Shown here: positions 9,462 through 19,218 of the stretch, in pieces
How positions within the stretch are numbered: the stretch's first letter is position 1
How the letters are laid out: each line of letters begins with the position of its first letter
Source: an uncultured virus (IMG/VR IMGVR_UViG_2865217878_000004)
Taxonomy: Duplodnaviria > Heunggongvirae > Uroviricota > Caudoviricetes
Virus record (IMG/VR): IMGVR_UViG_2865217878_000004
Length of the DNA stretch: 64,000 nucleotides
Strand: one strand, 5' to 3'
Translations under genes and position numbers: made by a program
Notes under the pieces: model-generated
The model's input: the letters and a program-made list of their open reading frames with translations, nothing else
Told to the model about the DNA's origin: nothing
Database searches by the model: none

Positions 9462-9919
9462 CGCGGCGACAGCGACATGAAGTACACGAGCTGGCCGAGG
9501 AGAACGTCGCTCTTCACACGCAGCTGCGTGACCTGACGGGGCACCTTCAGCGCGCGGATGCCTCGCTGGAGATCACCCTCATCCAGTTCGTGGACCTGTG
9601 CGGTCGCTTCGTAGCACTGGCTCTCAGACAGAAGCTGCTGCGTACGGAACTGGCCGAGCAGAAGCGGGTTGCGGAATGGCAGGCCGAGCAACTGCTCGCC
9701 GCGACTGGGTGCCCTGAGCCGACCCAGCGGGCGCTCGGCATGGATCTGTGGCAGCGCGTTGCCGATGCCCTCAACGCGCTGGCGGACAGCGGGGTCACGG
9801 TCGAGCTTCATCCGCGCGGAGTGATCACCACGCCGCTGAGCGATACGCAGGTCCGCTGGGACCAGGCGACATCCTGCTGGCTGCTCTCGCGCCAGCAGCC
9901 TGCCGCGCTGGGGGGGTGA
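9458..9919 (+). CDS. Hypothetical coiled-coil protein
   Basis: GGAGG RBS; ATGA coupling. Confidence 0.7.
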   Translation: MTRRQRHEVHELAEENVALHTQLRDLTGHLQRADASLEITLIQFVDLCGRFVALALRQKLLRTELAEQKRVAEWQAEQLLAATGCPEPTQRALGMDLWQRVADALNALADSGVTVELHPRGVITTPLSDTQVRWDQATSCWLLSRQQPAALGG

Positions 9920-10086
9920 GACCGCGTGACGACAACGGCATGGCTGCTCATCGCCGTGGCCGCATTCGCCGTCTGGGCGGCCTTCGAACGTCTGCGGCAC
10001 ATCTCCCGCCGCCGGGCGCAGCGAAGGCTGTCAGCGCCGCTTCGACCTCCTGCCACCCCCACGAACACAGAGGAGCGTGACGACCG

Positions 10087-10380
10087 TTGAACGCCACCGT
10101 CCACCCCGGCCAGGTCTACCGCGCCTGCCACCCGATGGAGAACTATCGCCGTATCCGCGTCACCGAGGTCGCGCCCGGAGGCGATCAGGCCACGGTCGTG
10201 GACGCGGATTCCGGCACGCGCCCCCGACGCATCTTGACCAAGGTGCTGCACGCCTCCGCGGTCACGCGCAGCGGCCGCCGCCGCATGTCCGGATACGCCC
10301 TTGAGTCCCAGCCGGAGCCGCCGGCCGAGCCCCACGGCACAGCCGACAACTCGGCAGCCGACCACGTTGAGGAGCGGTGA
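10087..10380 (+). CDS. Hypothetical phage protein
   Basis: GAGGAG RBS; PGQVYRAC...IRV pattern. Confidence 0.65.
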   Translation: MNATVHPGQVYRACHPMENYRRIRVTEVAPGGDQATVVDADSGTRPRRILTKVLHASAVTRSGRRRMSGYALESQPEPPAEPHGTADNSAADHVEER

Positions 10381-10472
10381 GGTGACCGCTGTCGTCCTTT
10401 ACCTGCTGCTGGCCGGGCTGCCTGCGGCCGCGCTGTGCAACACGTATCACTCCCTGCTGTAACCCCTAAGCC

Positions 10473-10520
10473 GCCCCACCGCCGGGAGATCCCCTCCCCC
10501 CAGGGCCCCGGCGGCGGGGC
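10473..10520 (+). repeat. Conserved hairpin with C-rich loop, copy 1
   Basis: GCCCCACCGCCGGG-AGATCCCCTCCCCCCAGGG-CCCCGGCGGCGGGGC; near-identical copy at 11271. Confidence 0.75.
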
Positions 10521-10552
10521 TCCGACCCTTGAGAACTGAAGGACAGAGCGCG

Positions 10553-10918
10553 GTGACGGTGACCGTGACGATCAACCCCTTCGAGCTGATACCGCTCCTT
10601 CTGCTGCTGACCGGCGCTGCCACCTGGTGTTTCGGCATCGTCATGGCGCTGGTGGGCGTTGGACGCGGACTGGTCTTCCTGGGCCGGGCCGTTTCCGGTC
10701 GCGTACGCCGCCGTCCGGCTGTTGGGCCTGAGCAGGGAACGGCCGCGTCGGTGGGCGAGATCACGGCTGAGATTCCGCTGCCCGGCAGCGAAGAACAGAC
10801 CCTCAGCCTCCACCCACCGCTGCCCTTCCTCCTCGATTCCACTGACGAGAGCCGATCGACCGGCCGGGAGCAGCCCTGGCCTCGACGGGCGCCACACGAT
10901 CCGGAGACTTCCTCATGA
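10553..10918 (+). CDS. Membrane protein
   Basis: Long hydrophobic N-terminus; GAAGGA RBS. Confidence 0.65.
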   Translation: MTVTVTINPFELIPLLLLLTGAATWCFGIVMALVGVGRGLVFLGRAVSGRVRRRPAVGPEQGTAASVGEITAEIPLPGSEEQTLSLHPPLPFLLDSTDESRSTGREQPWPRRAPHDPETSS

Positions 10919-11259
10919 ACACGTCTGACCCTCGCCATCCGCTGAACCTGCACGCCCTTGTCACCGCCGTTGCCGACGAGACGGGGGCGCCCCCACGCCA
11001 GACCGAGCAGATCATCTCCGCCTTCATGGACGTGGTGGTGCGCACGGTCACCACCGGGGGCGCTGTCACAGTGACCAACTTTGGCTCCTTCCACGCGGTG
11101 GAACGGCCGGCCCGCGCCGCGCGCAACCCGCAGAACGGCGAACGCATCCAGCTTCCGGCCACACGGCAGATGCGTTTTCGCGTCGCACCCAGGGCACGCC
11201 AGATCGTCGCCGCCGGTGATCCGTCCGCCAGCCGCCGCAAGCGCCCTCGCCGCCACTGA
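10915..11259 (+). CDS. HU/IHF-family DNA-binding protein
   Basis: NFGSF...RAARNPQNGERIQLPA...FR. Confidence 0.92.
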   Translation: MNTSDPRHPLNLHALVTAVADETGAPPRQTEQIISAFMDVVVRTVTTGGAVTVTNFGSFHAVERPARAARNPQNGERIQLPATRQMRFRVAPRARQIVAAGDPSASRRKRPRRH

Positions 11260-11270
11260 CCTGTCAAACG

Positions 11271-11314
11271 GCCCCGCTGCCGGGAGATCCCTCCCCAGCC
11301 CCGGCGGCGGGGCT
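11271..11314 (+). repeat. Conserved hairpin with C-rich loop, copy 2
   Basis: GCCCCGCTGCCGGG-AGATCCCTCCCCAG-CCCCGGCGGCGGGGC immediately after the HU gene. Confidence 0.75.
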
Positions 11315-11335
11315 CCTCCTCAACCCGGGACACCC

Positions 11336-11578
11336 ATGCACGACGAACGACACACCCTGCTCGGCAGAACCGTACGGCCGCAGCGCGGCGTTGCCCTCAC
11401 TCGGGACTTCGCCACCTGTCGCGATCCCAGCGGCCGGAATGACCGGGTCTTCGACAGCTCCGGAATGGGCCCGGACAGCGGCTTCGTATGTCTCGCGTAC
11501 GCAGCGCGCGGCACGGGCGACGAAGACTTCGGCCACCTGGGGCACGTCACCGCCCAGCACCGCGAAGGAAGCTCGTGA
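11336..11578 (+). CDS. Hypothetical protein
   Basis: ORF coupled (GTGA) to the next gene. Confidence 0.5.
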   Translation: MHDERHTLLGRTVRPQRGVALTRDFATCRDPSGRNDRVFDSSGMGPDSGFVCLAYAARGTGDEDFGHLGHVTAQHREGSS

Positions 11579-11916
11579 TACCCGACACGCCCGAGATCGC
11601 CGCGGTGTACCGGGAGCGCGCCGAACTGCTGGCCTGGCTTGCCGCAACACACCCGGCTGTCGTCACTCCGGCGACGGACATCGAGGAACCCGGATGGATG
11701 CTGCTGTTCATCACAGCGGCCGGCCATCAGATGTCCTGGCACATCCACCCCCGCGACGCCGCGTTGTTCGAGCACGTGGAACACGTCGAGCCCGGGGACC
11801 CGCGCGCTCACTGGGACGGACACACCAGCGCCGAGAAGTACCAGCGGATACGGCAGATCATCACCGCCGTCACGATGATCTCGAATCTCCTGCAGGGCGG
11901 AGACGCCCGTGCCTGA
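11575..11916 (+). CDS. Hypothetical phage protein
   Basis: YRERAELLA...GHQMSWHI...WDGHTSAEKYQR pattern; protein-like. Confidence 0.75.
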   Translation: MIPDTPEIAAVYRERAELLAWLAATHPAVVTPATDIEEPGWMLLFITAAGHQMSWHIHPRDAALFEHVEHVEPGDPRAHWDGHTSAEKYQRIRQIITAVTMISNLLQGGDARA

Positions 11917-12003
11917 ACGGCCGCTGCCCACGGCGCCGCCCCAGCGCGGGCCGATGCCATCGTCACCGACGCCCTCAGCCGCGCCGACCCGGCCTGCCGT
12001 CTG

Positions 12004-13284
12004 ATGGCTACCGCGCCCGCCGCCGCGAAGCCTGGCCGCCCGCAGGGTGGCCAGGCTGCCGAGGCCTGCCCTGCGCTCGGCGGGCGTGGGCGGCGGCGTG
12101 GGCAGCGGGTCCAGATCCCATGGCGCCTTGTGGCTTCCGCGCACTACGCCGACGCCGACCTCACCGTCTATACCAAGGTCGCCGCCCTGGCACAGCGCCG
12201 GGAGATGTGCACCGCGTCGGTGGAGACCATCGCCTCCTTCGTGGCGCTGTCGAAGTCCGCGGTCGAGCGAGCGCTGCGCCGCCTGGGAAACGCCTCACCG
12301 GACGACGGCGTGGTCGAGGTCTTCACCCGCCGTCGCACCCACCATCGCTCCGGCACCGGGCGCACCGCCGAACGCTGGGTCCGCGACCTCGCCGACACCC
12401 CCCATGAGCACTGGGTGTGGCTTCCGGTCGCGACCTGCGAAGCGCTGAGCCCTCGCCTGCTGCGCTTGTACGCCGCCCTCGCCTACGCCACCGTCCGTCG
12501 GCTGCCGGTCACCTGCGCCGAACTCGGCAACCTCCTGGGCGTGACCGAGCGGACCACCCGCGGTCTGATCGACCGGCTGGAAGACCTTGGCTGGATCAAC
12601 GTCCACCGCCGCGCCGGGTTCCGCGGCCGCCACCGGTACGAGGTCCACGACCGCCCGCGCCAGCCCGTTCTTCCCGCGCTCGGCAGCCCGGAAGGCGATG
12701 ACGGATCGGGTCCGGACGCGGGTGACGGATCGCTCGCGTATAAGGAAGACCCACTACTGAACGACCCGGAGAAAACGCAGGTAGTTCGTGGTGTCCGCCA
12801 TAGGCGAGATACCGGTGGTGAAGCTGTGGATAACCCGCCGCCTCCCCGCCGTGCTGCTGGCGCGCAGCGCCGATCAGGCTCGGCCTATATCGGTCCGCCG
12901 CTGAGCCTGTCGCCGCGGGTCTGGGCATCCTTGGAGCCGGTACGGGACCTGCTGCCGGGCATCTCGGCCTTCTTGCTGCGCCAGGCGGCTCGCGAGATCG
13001 GAGCGCAGCTCGATACCTACGCCACCCCGGAGCGGATCGCAGCGCGCATTACCTGGCGCCGCGCCGGCCTGGACGGCGGACGTCCACACAACTCCGGCGC
13101 CTGGCTGCTGCACGCGGCCCTCCCTCGCTGGGGCTGCGGCCTGATCGCCTGCGAGTCCGGATGGCTGTGGGAGACCGGACGCCGCTGCGCAATCTGCGAG
13201 GACCTCGCCGCGGCGCGCCCTCCCCCTGCCGCCGCGCCGCTCGCGACACCGGCGTACACACCTGCCTCCCGGCCCGAGCCCTGA
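12004..13284 (+). CDS. HTH replication initiator-like protein
   Basis: Two HTH segments (SVETIASFVALSKSAVERALRRL; AELGNLLGVTERTTRGLIDRL) and a C-terminal Cys cluster (CGLIAC...CAIC). Confidence 0.75.
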   Translation: MATAPAAAKPGRPQGGQAAEACPALGGRGRRRGQRVQIPWRLVASAHYADADLTVYTKVAALAQRREMCTASVETIASFVALSKSAVERALRRLGNASPDDGVVEVFTRRRTHHRSGTGRTAERWVRDLADTPHEHWVWLPVATCEALSPRLLRLYAALAYATVRRLPVTCAELGNLLGVTERTTRGLIDRLEDLGWINVHRRAGFRGRHRYEVHDRPRQPVLPALGSPEGDDGSGPDAGDGSLAYKEDPLLNDPEKTQVVRGVRHRRDTGGEAVDNPPPPRRAAGAQRRSGSAYIGPPLSLSPRVWASLEPVRDLLPGISAFLLRQAAREIGAQLDTYATPERIAARITWRRAGLDGGRPHNSGAWLLHAALPRWGCGLIACESGWLWETGRRCAICEDLAAARPPPAAAPLATPAYTPASRPEP

Positions 13285-13311
13285 CCTTGACGAACGGAGA
13301 CCTCCACTGCC

Positions 13312-13629
13312 ATGCCCAGCACCCACGACGCGGTCTCGTGCGCCACCTGCGGCCAGCGGGTCCTGTGGACCACCACCGCGCGCGGTGAACGTATGCCGAT
13401 CGACGCCGAACCCGACCCCGAAGGGCGTACCGCTGTGCATCGGGACGCCGCCGGCCGTCTGCGCTCCCGCGGCCTGACCCGTGAACGACCGACCCTGGAG
13501 GGCGCGGAGTGGCCGGCCACCTCGCACTTCGCGACCTGCGCAGCCTCGCCGGGCACGCCCGCTCGACGCGGCGAGCGCCGCCGGCCTCTCCCGCGACTCA
13601 TTCGTCCGCCCACCGGGCGGCCGCGGTGA
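13312..13629 (+). CDS. Zn-ribbon phage protein
   Basis: CATCG...MPIDAEP...SHFATC. Confidence 0.75.
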   Translation: MPSTHDAVSCATCGQRVLWTTTARGERMPIDAEPDPEGRTAVHRDAAGRLRSRGLTRERPTLEGAEWPATSHFATCAASPGTPARRGERRRPLPRLIRPPTGRPR

Positions 13630-13829
13630 ACCCGCCCTCAGGCTGCCTTGGTCACGTGCCGCCTCACCGGTGCCTTCGATGGGCCCTCTCTCCGCTTCAG
13701 TCCGCGGAGAGGACGCTCCCGCGAGCAGCCGTGCTCCCTGCTGGCCCGGCTGTACCCCGCCCGGCTTCCGCCGTGCGGCGCCCTGCCTCAACAACCCGCC
13801 ACCCAGCCATCGAACTTGGACGGCACGGC

Positions 13830-14387
13830 ATGAACACGATCATCCCCGCCTTCCTGGCCCAGCTCGGCCCGAACGAACACACCCCGTGCTTCGGACAGAG
13901 CAGCCTCTTCATGAGCACCGCGCAGCAGTCGGTACGCCGTGCCAAGGCGTTGTGCGCCACCTGTCCCGTCCGGGAGGCGTGCCTCGAGCACGCCATTCGC
14001 ACCGGAGAGTCCCGAGGTGTCTGGGGCGGCCGGACACCCGAAGAACGAGGCGTCGGCGCGGTCCCGGCCTGTGGCACCCGCACCGCCCGCCTGCGGCATC
14101 TGCGGCGGCGTGAGAACTGCCAGACCTGTGCGGAGGCCCATGCAGAGGAAGTACGCCGCTCACGGCTGGAGCGGCTGGAAGCGGAGCACGCCCGGCCGGA
14201 GGGCGGCAGCATGGCCGGCTACCGGCTGGAACGCCTCCTCGGCATTCCCACGTGCGAGGCGTGCCGCGCCGCTCGGCTCGCTTATGAGGCTGGCAGGCCG
14301 CGCTCCCAACGACGGCAGACCTGGAGCGGCGAGGCCGACTACCTCCGACGACGCGGCACGCTCCGCAACTTGAGCAGGGTGGCGTAG
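13830..14387 (+). CDS. WhiB-family regulator with C-terminal Cys/His extension
   Basis: AKALCATCPVREAC...GVWGG. Confidence 0.9.
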   Translation: MNTIIPAFLAQLGPNEHTPCFGQSSLFMSTAQQSVRRAKALCATCPVREACLEHAIRTGESRGVWGGRTPEERGVGAVPACGTRTARLRHLRRRENCQTCAEAHAEEVRRSRLERLEAEHARPEGGSMAGYRLERLLGIPTCEACRAARLAYEAGRPRSQRRQTWSGEADYLRRRGTLRNLSRVA

Positions 14388-14453
14388 CTCCATGGCTGGG
14401 GTCTGTGCAGAGCTGCCTCCAGGTGCGGTGGTCTGCCGCGCCCTATTTAGAGA

Positions 14454-14487
14454 TGTTGACAACCGGTTTTCTGCACGCTTAAAGTGG
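14454..14487 (+). promoter_or_regulatory. Promoter/operator copy 1: TTGACA-N18-TAAAGT
   Basis: TTGACAACCGGTTTTC core shared with the copies at 19183 and 43451. Confidence 0.85.
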
Positions 14488-14528
14488 CGTGTGTTGGGCC
14501 ACGACGAAGGCCAAGGAGGGGCAAGATC

Positions 14529-15239
14529 ATGACGAAGTTCCCCGTCTTCAGCGTTGCGCAGGACCAGGGCAGTCGCAGCTACCAGTGCGACCACTGGGCC
14601 ACGTATCGCGACGACACGACCGGCGCCCACGCCTTCGTCGTCCTCGACGGCATCGGCGACCGCGCGGCGGTACGCGACTTCGTCCACTACTACGCCCCGC
14701 GCCTGGCTGAAGCCACCGCCCGGCAGCCCAACCCCGCTGATGCGCTGGCCGAGATCCGAGCCGAGTGCCTCGGGGAGCTCCACGACGCGGTTGCGGTCGC
14801 GGCCGTCTACCGCCCCGACGACTCGAAGCTGCGCTTCGCCTGGTCCGGTGACAGTCGCGCGTACTGGCTGAGCCGCATCTGGGGCATCGAGTGCGCCACC
14901 CGTGACCACAACGCCGCCCAGGAGCTCCGCGACCAGGGCCGAAAACCGGGGCCGTACGACCACAACATCGTCACCTCCACCCTGGGGGAAGGGGAGATCG
15001 GGACAGCAGAGGTCGACCGGGACCGCGTGCTGCGAGCGCTGCTGTGCACGGACGGCGCCTACCACCCGCTCGAGACCTACAGGACGCCCCTCCTGGAGAA
15101 CATCCTCGCCCTGTCCGACGACGCGCAGGAAGCTGCCACCGACCTCGTGCGCGAAGGGGTGACCAAGAGCCGCACCGCCGACCGTTCCTACGCCGACAAC
15201 GCGACCGCGCTGGCGATCGACTTCGCCCCCTTGAGCTGA
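14529..15239 (+). CDS. PP2C/PPM-family Ser/Thr protein phosphatase
   Basis: LDGIG, WSGDSRAY, TRDHN, LLCTDG, DNAT motifs; AAGGAGG RBS. Confidence 0.9.
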   Translation: MTKFPVFSVAQDQGSRSYQCDHWATYRDDTTGAHAFVVLDGIGDRAAVRDFVHYYAPRLAEATARQPNPADALAEIRAECLGELHDAVAVAAVYRPDDSKLRFAWSGDSRAYWLSRIWGIECATRDHNAAQELRDQGRKPGPYDHNIVTSTLGEGEIGTAEVDRDRVLRALLCTDGAYHPLETYRTPLLENILALSDDAQEAATDLVREGVTKSRTADRSYADNATALAIDFAPLS

Positions 15240-15330
15240 CCACGCCCGGCAGGCAGCCCGGGAACCGCTGGAGCCCCGGGCCTCCCAACCATGCCCATCC
15301 ATGAGCACCAGCGACTGACAAGGAGTAACC

Positions 15331-15621
15331 GTGATCGTCTCCTTCGAGACCCCGACCGAACCCGTACCGAAAGACGAGAAGACCCTGGAGCAGTTCGCGG
15401 CGGCGCTGAGCGCGGCACCGGGACAGTGGGCGCTGCTGGGCCAGTACATCGGGACGCCCGGCGGCGGACGTTCATACGCATGGTCGATCAGCCGGGGCAC
15501 GCCTGAGCTCCCGGGCCGAGCGTTCGGCCCCGGGTTCGAGGTGGAGACGCGGACGATGCTGGGTGAGCAACGCGTCTACGTCCGCTTCTCTCCCGACAGC
15601 CAGCCTCCGCAGGAGTCCTGA
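15331..15621 (+). CDS. Hypothetical phage protein
   Basis: AAGGAG RBS. Confidence 0.7.
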   Translation: MIVSFETPTEPVPKDEKTLEQFAAALSAAPGQWALLGQYIGTPGGGRSYAWSISRGTPELPGRAFGPGFEVETRTMLGEQRVYVRFSPDSQPPQES

Positions 15622-16223
15622 TGGGAACCCGGGGCTTCATCACCCTCGCCGTCGACGGTGAGAACAAGACCACCTACAACCAATGGGACAGCTACCCGGA
15701 GGGTCTCGGCCTGACCGTCGTGTCCTGGGCACGCGAAGCCGCCAAGGACCTGGACGCCGTCCGCAAGGCCGTCACCGCCCTGCGTGTGGTCACCGAGGAC
15801 GACTCGCCAACCGACGAGGACATCGAGAGGCTGCGCCGGTTCGCCGACTTCGAGGTGGACCGGAGCGCCTGGAACGGCGAGACGTACGTCCCGCGCGAGC
15901 GGCCGTCCTGGTACCAGCTGCTCCGTCGCACGCAGGGCGACCCGGCAGCGATGATCCGCGCAGGAGTCATCGAGAGCGCGGACGAGTTTCCCGCCGACTC
16001 ACTGTTCGCCGAGTGGGGATACGTCGTCGACCTCACCGCCGAGACGTTCGAGGTCTACCAGGGCTTCCAGACCCGGCGGCACCGGCAGGGCCGCTTCGCG
16101 GACATGACGCCGGAGCGCGACGGCTACTACCCCGTGCGGCTGGTGAAGTCATGGCTGCTGGCCGAGCTGCCCGGCGACAAGGACTTCGCCGCCGAGGCCG
16201 AGTGTGCCGGGGAGGTCTACTGA
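15621..16223 (+). CDS. Hypothetical phage protein
   Basis: MGTRG...YNQWDSYPEGLG...SLFAEWGYVVDL pattern; TGATG coupling. Confidence 0.8.
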   Translation: MGTRGFITLAVDGENKTTYNQWDSYPEGLGLTVVSWAREAAKDLDAVRKAVTALRVVTEDDSPTDEDIERLRRFADFEVDRSAWNGETYVPRERPSWYQLLRRTQGDPAAMIRAGVIESADEFPADSLFAEWGYVVDLTAETFEVYQGFQTRRHRQGRFADMTPERDGYYPVRLVKSWLLAELPGDKDFAAEAECAGEVY

Positions 16224-16954
16224 TGGCCACCCACGACCAGCCCGACCCCATCACCCCGCTGCCCCAGGTCACCCGCCTGGAGACCATGCTCAACAGCCGC
16301 CGCGCGCGGCAGCGCGTCACCCTCGCCGACTTGGAAGACGCCGTCACCGTCGCCCGGGAGCTGGCCGCGCGGCTGGCGGAGACCGAGGAGACTACTGCTC
16401 GGTGGGCGCAGTACCTCGCCCCCACCCGCGAAGCCCTTGGTGCCCGGGACTGGCCCAGCCTCCCCGAGACCGCGCGTGCTCTGGCCGCCGAGCAGGACCA
16501 GCTGCGCGCCCGCGTCGCCGAGCTGGAGCACCAGCCCTCCCGACCGCCCGTGTGCGGTCGGGAGGGCGCCACAGGGCGCCCGTGCCCCGACCACGCACCA
16601 AGCGCCGACGTCATCGAGTTGACGTGGCGGGCGCAGGACGTCGAGATCGGGGACGACGACAGCGCCGATCTGATGCTCACCACCGAGGACGGTCGCCCGG
16701 CGATCCTGCGGCTCGACCCCGACCAGCGCCGCGCGCTGCTGGACGACCTCGCCAACGCCGGGACCGTCACCGAGTACGGCGTGCGCTTTCCCACCCGTGA
16801 TCCGGATTTCGTGGTATCGGCCGACCGCGCCACGGCCGAGCGGGACATCGCCCGCGCCGCCCGACATGGCCTCCGTGCCGAGCTGGTCGTTCGCATCGTC
16901 CGGTACGGCGACTGGCAGTCCGCAGATGTCGAGGACGGAGGCGACGACCAGTGA
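16223..16954 (+). CDS. Hypothetical phage protein (mosaic)
   Basis: TGATG-coupled; protein-like from MATHDQ onward. Confidence 0.7.
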   Translation: MATHDQPDPITPLPQVTRLETMLNSRRARQRVTLADLEDAVTVARELAARLAETEETTARWAQYLAPTREALGARDWPSLPETARALAAEQDQLRARVAELEHQPSRPPVCGREGATGRPCPDHAPSADVIELTWRAQDVEIGDDDSADLMLTTEDGRPAILRLDPDQRRALLDDLANAGTVTEYGVRFPTRDPDFVVSADRATAERDIARAARHGLRAELVVRIVRYGDWQSADVEDGGDDQ

Positions 16955-17328
16955 GCATGCAGACTGCACTCCCGTCGCCTGCGGTGCTGGCCGAGGTGTA
17001 CCGCGCCGCCGCCCAGCTCATCGCCGAGCGCGGGCTGTTCAGGGGCGGATTCAGCAGCATAGCGCGGAGCCCTGAGGAGCGGTGCTACTGCACGGTCGCC
17101 GCGATCCGCGTCGCCGCAGGCGTGGCTCCAGACGACGATGGCCACCCGGTCGCCGAGGCGGCGATCCGCCGCCTGGCGCCCATGGTCGATCCGGCAGTGA
17201 TCAACTCCGATCCCGTCGAGCGTGTGGCGGCCTGGAACGACCGCCCCGAGCGCACCACGTGCGAGGTCGTCGCCACGCTGAACGCAGCTGCTGAGGACGC
17301 CGAGGGTGATGGACGCCATGGGCAGTGA
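16951..17328 (+). CDS. DUF6197-like phage protein
   Basis: C.VAAI...AWNDRPERT..EV pattern. Confidence 0.65.
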   Translation: MSMQTALPSPAVLAEVYRAAAQLIAERGLFRGGFSSIARSPEERCYCTVAAIRVAAGVAPDDDGHPVAEAAIRRLAPMVDPAVINSDPVERVAAWNDRPERTTCEVVATLNAAAEDAEGDGRHGQ

Positions 17329-18118
17329 GCCGACCATGCAGGTGCCGTCGGAGGTCATCGTCGCCGCGTTGCGGGACGCCTGGCGCGAGCCGGGAGCTGG
17401 CCAGCCGCTCTACGGCTCCGGCCCGCCGCTGCGGCCCATCGCCGAGAGCGAGGAGGACCAACTCATCCCGAGCGGGGGGAGCAGCCCGCTGTGGGAGATC
17501 GTGCGCTGGATGCCGGCCGAGCCGGACGGCCAGGCGCTGAGCCCCACGTCCCTGTCGGAGGCGTTCGCCCGGCCCCTCGCGTTTCGCCTGGACGTCCTGG
17601 GCGCCTCCCGGCACGCTCTGGCCACGCGCTTCACCTGGTCGATCATCTCACCGGGAGACGTGGCCTGGGTGGTCGCCCAGCTCGAAGGCCGGGCGGTCGT
17701 GGAGATCGGCGCGGGCACAGGCTACTGGGCCTGGCAACTTCAGCAGGCCGGAGTGGACGTGGCCGCCTACGACCCGCACTCGCCCGGCGAGGATAACCGT
17801 TACTGCACGGCCGGCCCGTACACGACTGTCCTGGTTGAAGACGCGTCGGCCGTGAAACGCCACCCAGACCGGGCGCTGCTGATGGTGTGGCCGCCCCTCG
17901 GTGGCGAGCACGCCCGCCACGCCCTATCCGTGTACGAGGGCGACCTGCTGCTCTACGCGGGCGAGGGACTTGGCGGATGCACGGCCGACGACGCCTTCTA
18001 CAAGATGCTGAACGCCGAGTGGGAGCTGACGTCGGTCGCCCCCCGGCACGTGACGTGGTCGGGAATTCACTGCGAACTGGCCGCCTACCGGCGCAAGCGG
18101 GGTGAACACCGTGGCTGA
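17318..18118 (+). CDS. SAM-dependent methyltransferase-like protein
   Basis: VVEIGAGTGYW motif I; LLMVWPP; YAGEG. Confidence 0.75.
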   Translation: MGSEPTMQVPSEVIVAALRDAWREPGAGQPLYGSGPPLRPIAESEEDQLIPSGGSSPLWEIVRWMPAEPDGQALSPTSLSEAFARPLAFRLDVLGASRHALATRFTWSIISPGDVAWVVAQLEGRAVVEIGAGTGYWAWQLQQAGVDVAAYDPHSPGEDNRYCTAGPYTTVLVEDASAVKRHPDRALLMVWPPLGGEHARHALSVYEGDLLLYAGEGLGGCTADDAFYKMLNAEWELTSVAPRHVTWSGIHCELAAYRRKRGEHRG

Positions 18119-18599
18119 GCCCCACCGAAAGGCGAGGGAAGACGGCCGGGCCGGGGCCGTGGAGGAACTGCTGGCCGCCGCAGGACTGCTGCGGCGCCGG
18201 GCGACCGAGGCGACGAACGGGCCGTGGTGGCGTCCGTTGGACACTCGGCACAAGGACATCGTGCTCGCCCCGCTTCCGGATGGCGAGCGCGGCACATGGA
18301 CGGACGGCGTTGACCCGGCCACCGGCCTTCGCGAGTCGTGTGTCGTCGTGAAGGTGCCGACCTGGTCCACCGGGCGGCACTCCCGGTCCCGATCAGGCCG
18401 CGACCTGGAGTACATAGCGCTGATGGACCCCGAGGTCGGGCAGGGGGTGGCAGCGCTGTTGGAGCTGGCCGCATCCGAGGCCCAGGGCGACTTCGATAAC
18501 GACCCGAAGATGACGGAGAAGGACCTGGCGGAGCGGTATGCCGGGCCGCTGACCGTTGCCCACCTGCTGCTGGGGGACAACCGGAGGACGATGCCGTGA
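18102..18599 (+). CDS. Hypothetical phage protein
   Basis: AT.GPW...YIALMDPEVG pattern. Confidence 0.7.
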   Translation: MNTVAEPHRKAREDGRAGAVEELLAAAGLLRRRATEATNGPWWRPLDTRHKDIVLAPLPDGERGTWTDGVDPATGLRESCVVVKVPTWSTGRHSRSRSGRDLEYIALMDPEVGQGVAALLELAASEAQGDFDNDPKMTEKDLAERYAGPLTVAHLLLGDNRRTMP

Positions 18600-18770
18600 C
18601 GTTCCGGCCCTGGCCTCGGTCGAAGTCACCGGACGACGAGACGTTCACCGACGTCGGAGCCGCTCAAGAGACCTCTGGCACCGGCTGCCCGATCCTCTCC
18701 TCCACGCTTCACACCTTCCGCTTGACACGCGGACGACGCCCCGCACCCCTATCGCTTGAAGGAATCAGCC

Positions 18771-18929
18771 ATGCGTCAGTTCTTCCTCGGCTTGCTGCTG
18801 GGCGCCCTTTCCGGCGGCATCACCTATGGCGGCACCAGCGACGGCCAGATGGCCGCGATCATCGGACTCATTGTCGCCATCCTGTGCTGGTTCGGCGGCG
18901 TCGCAGCCGTGATCTTCTTCGACGACTAG
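18771..18929 (+). CDS. Small two-TM membrane protein (52 aa; not in ORF track)
   Basis: MRQFFLGLLLGALSGGITY...AAIIGLIVAILCWFGGVAAVIFFDD; AAGGA RBS. Confidence 0.7.
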   Translation: MRQFFLGLLLGALSGGITYGGTSDGQMAAIIGLIVAILCWFGGVAAVIFFDD

Positions 18930-19180
18930 CCCTGCTGCTCGACGCCTCCAACTCCGGCTACGCCCCCTTCCCGCGGTCAGCGATGCCCGGAGTGGCGCTT
19001 CCCCGGCTTCACGGTCTGCGGGCGGCCAGCAAGACGACCACCAGCCCCGTGATCGGACGACTTCGCTGCCCGCCCGTTGGCCGCAGCGCCTGTTCCGCCG
19101 TCCGACCGCGTCTCAACCGCAACCCTTGTGCAGTCGCCCAAAGGTCCAGATCGGGCAGGCCCCCACCCCTGATTTAAGCG

Positions 19181-19215
19181 TGTTGACAAACGGTTTTCTG
19201 CATTCGTAAAATGGG
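19181..19215 (+). promoter_or_regulatory. Promoter/operator copy 2: TTGACA-N18-TAAAAT
   Basis: TTGACA 19183-88, TAAAAT 19207-12; GTG 6 nt downstream suggests a leaderless mRNA. Confidence 0.85.
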
Positions 19216-19218
19216 ATT

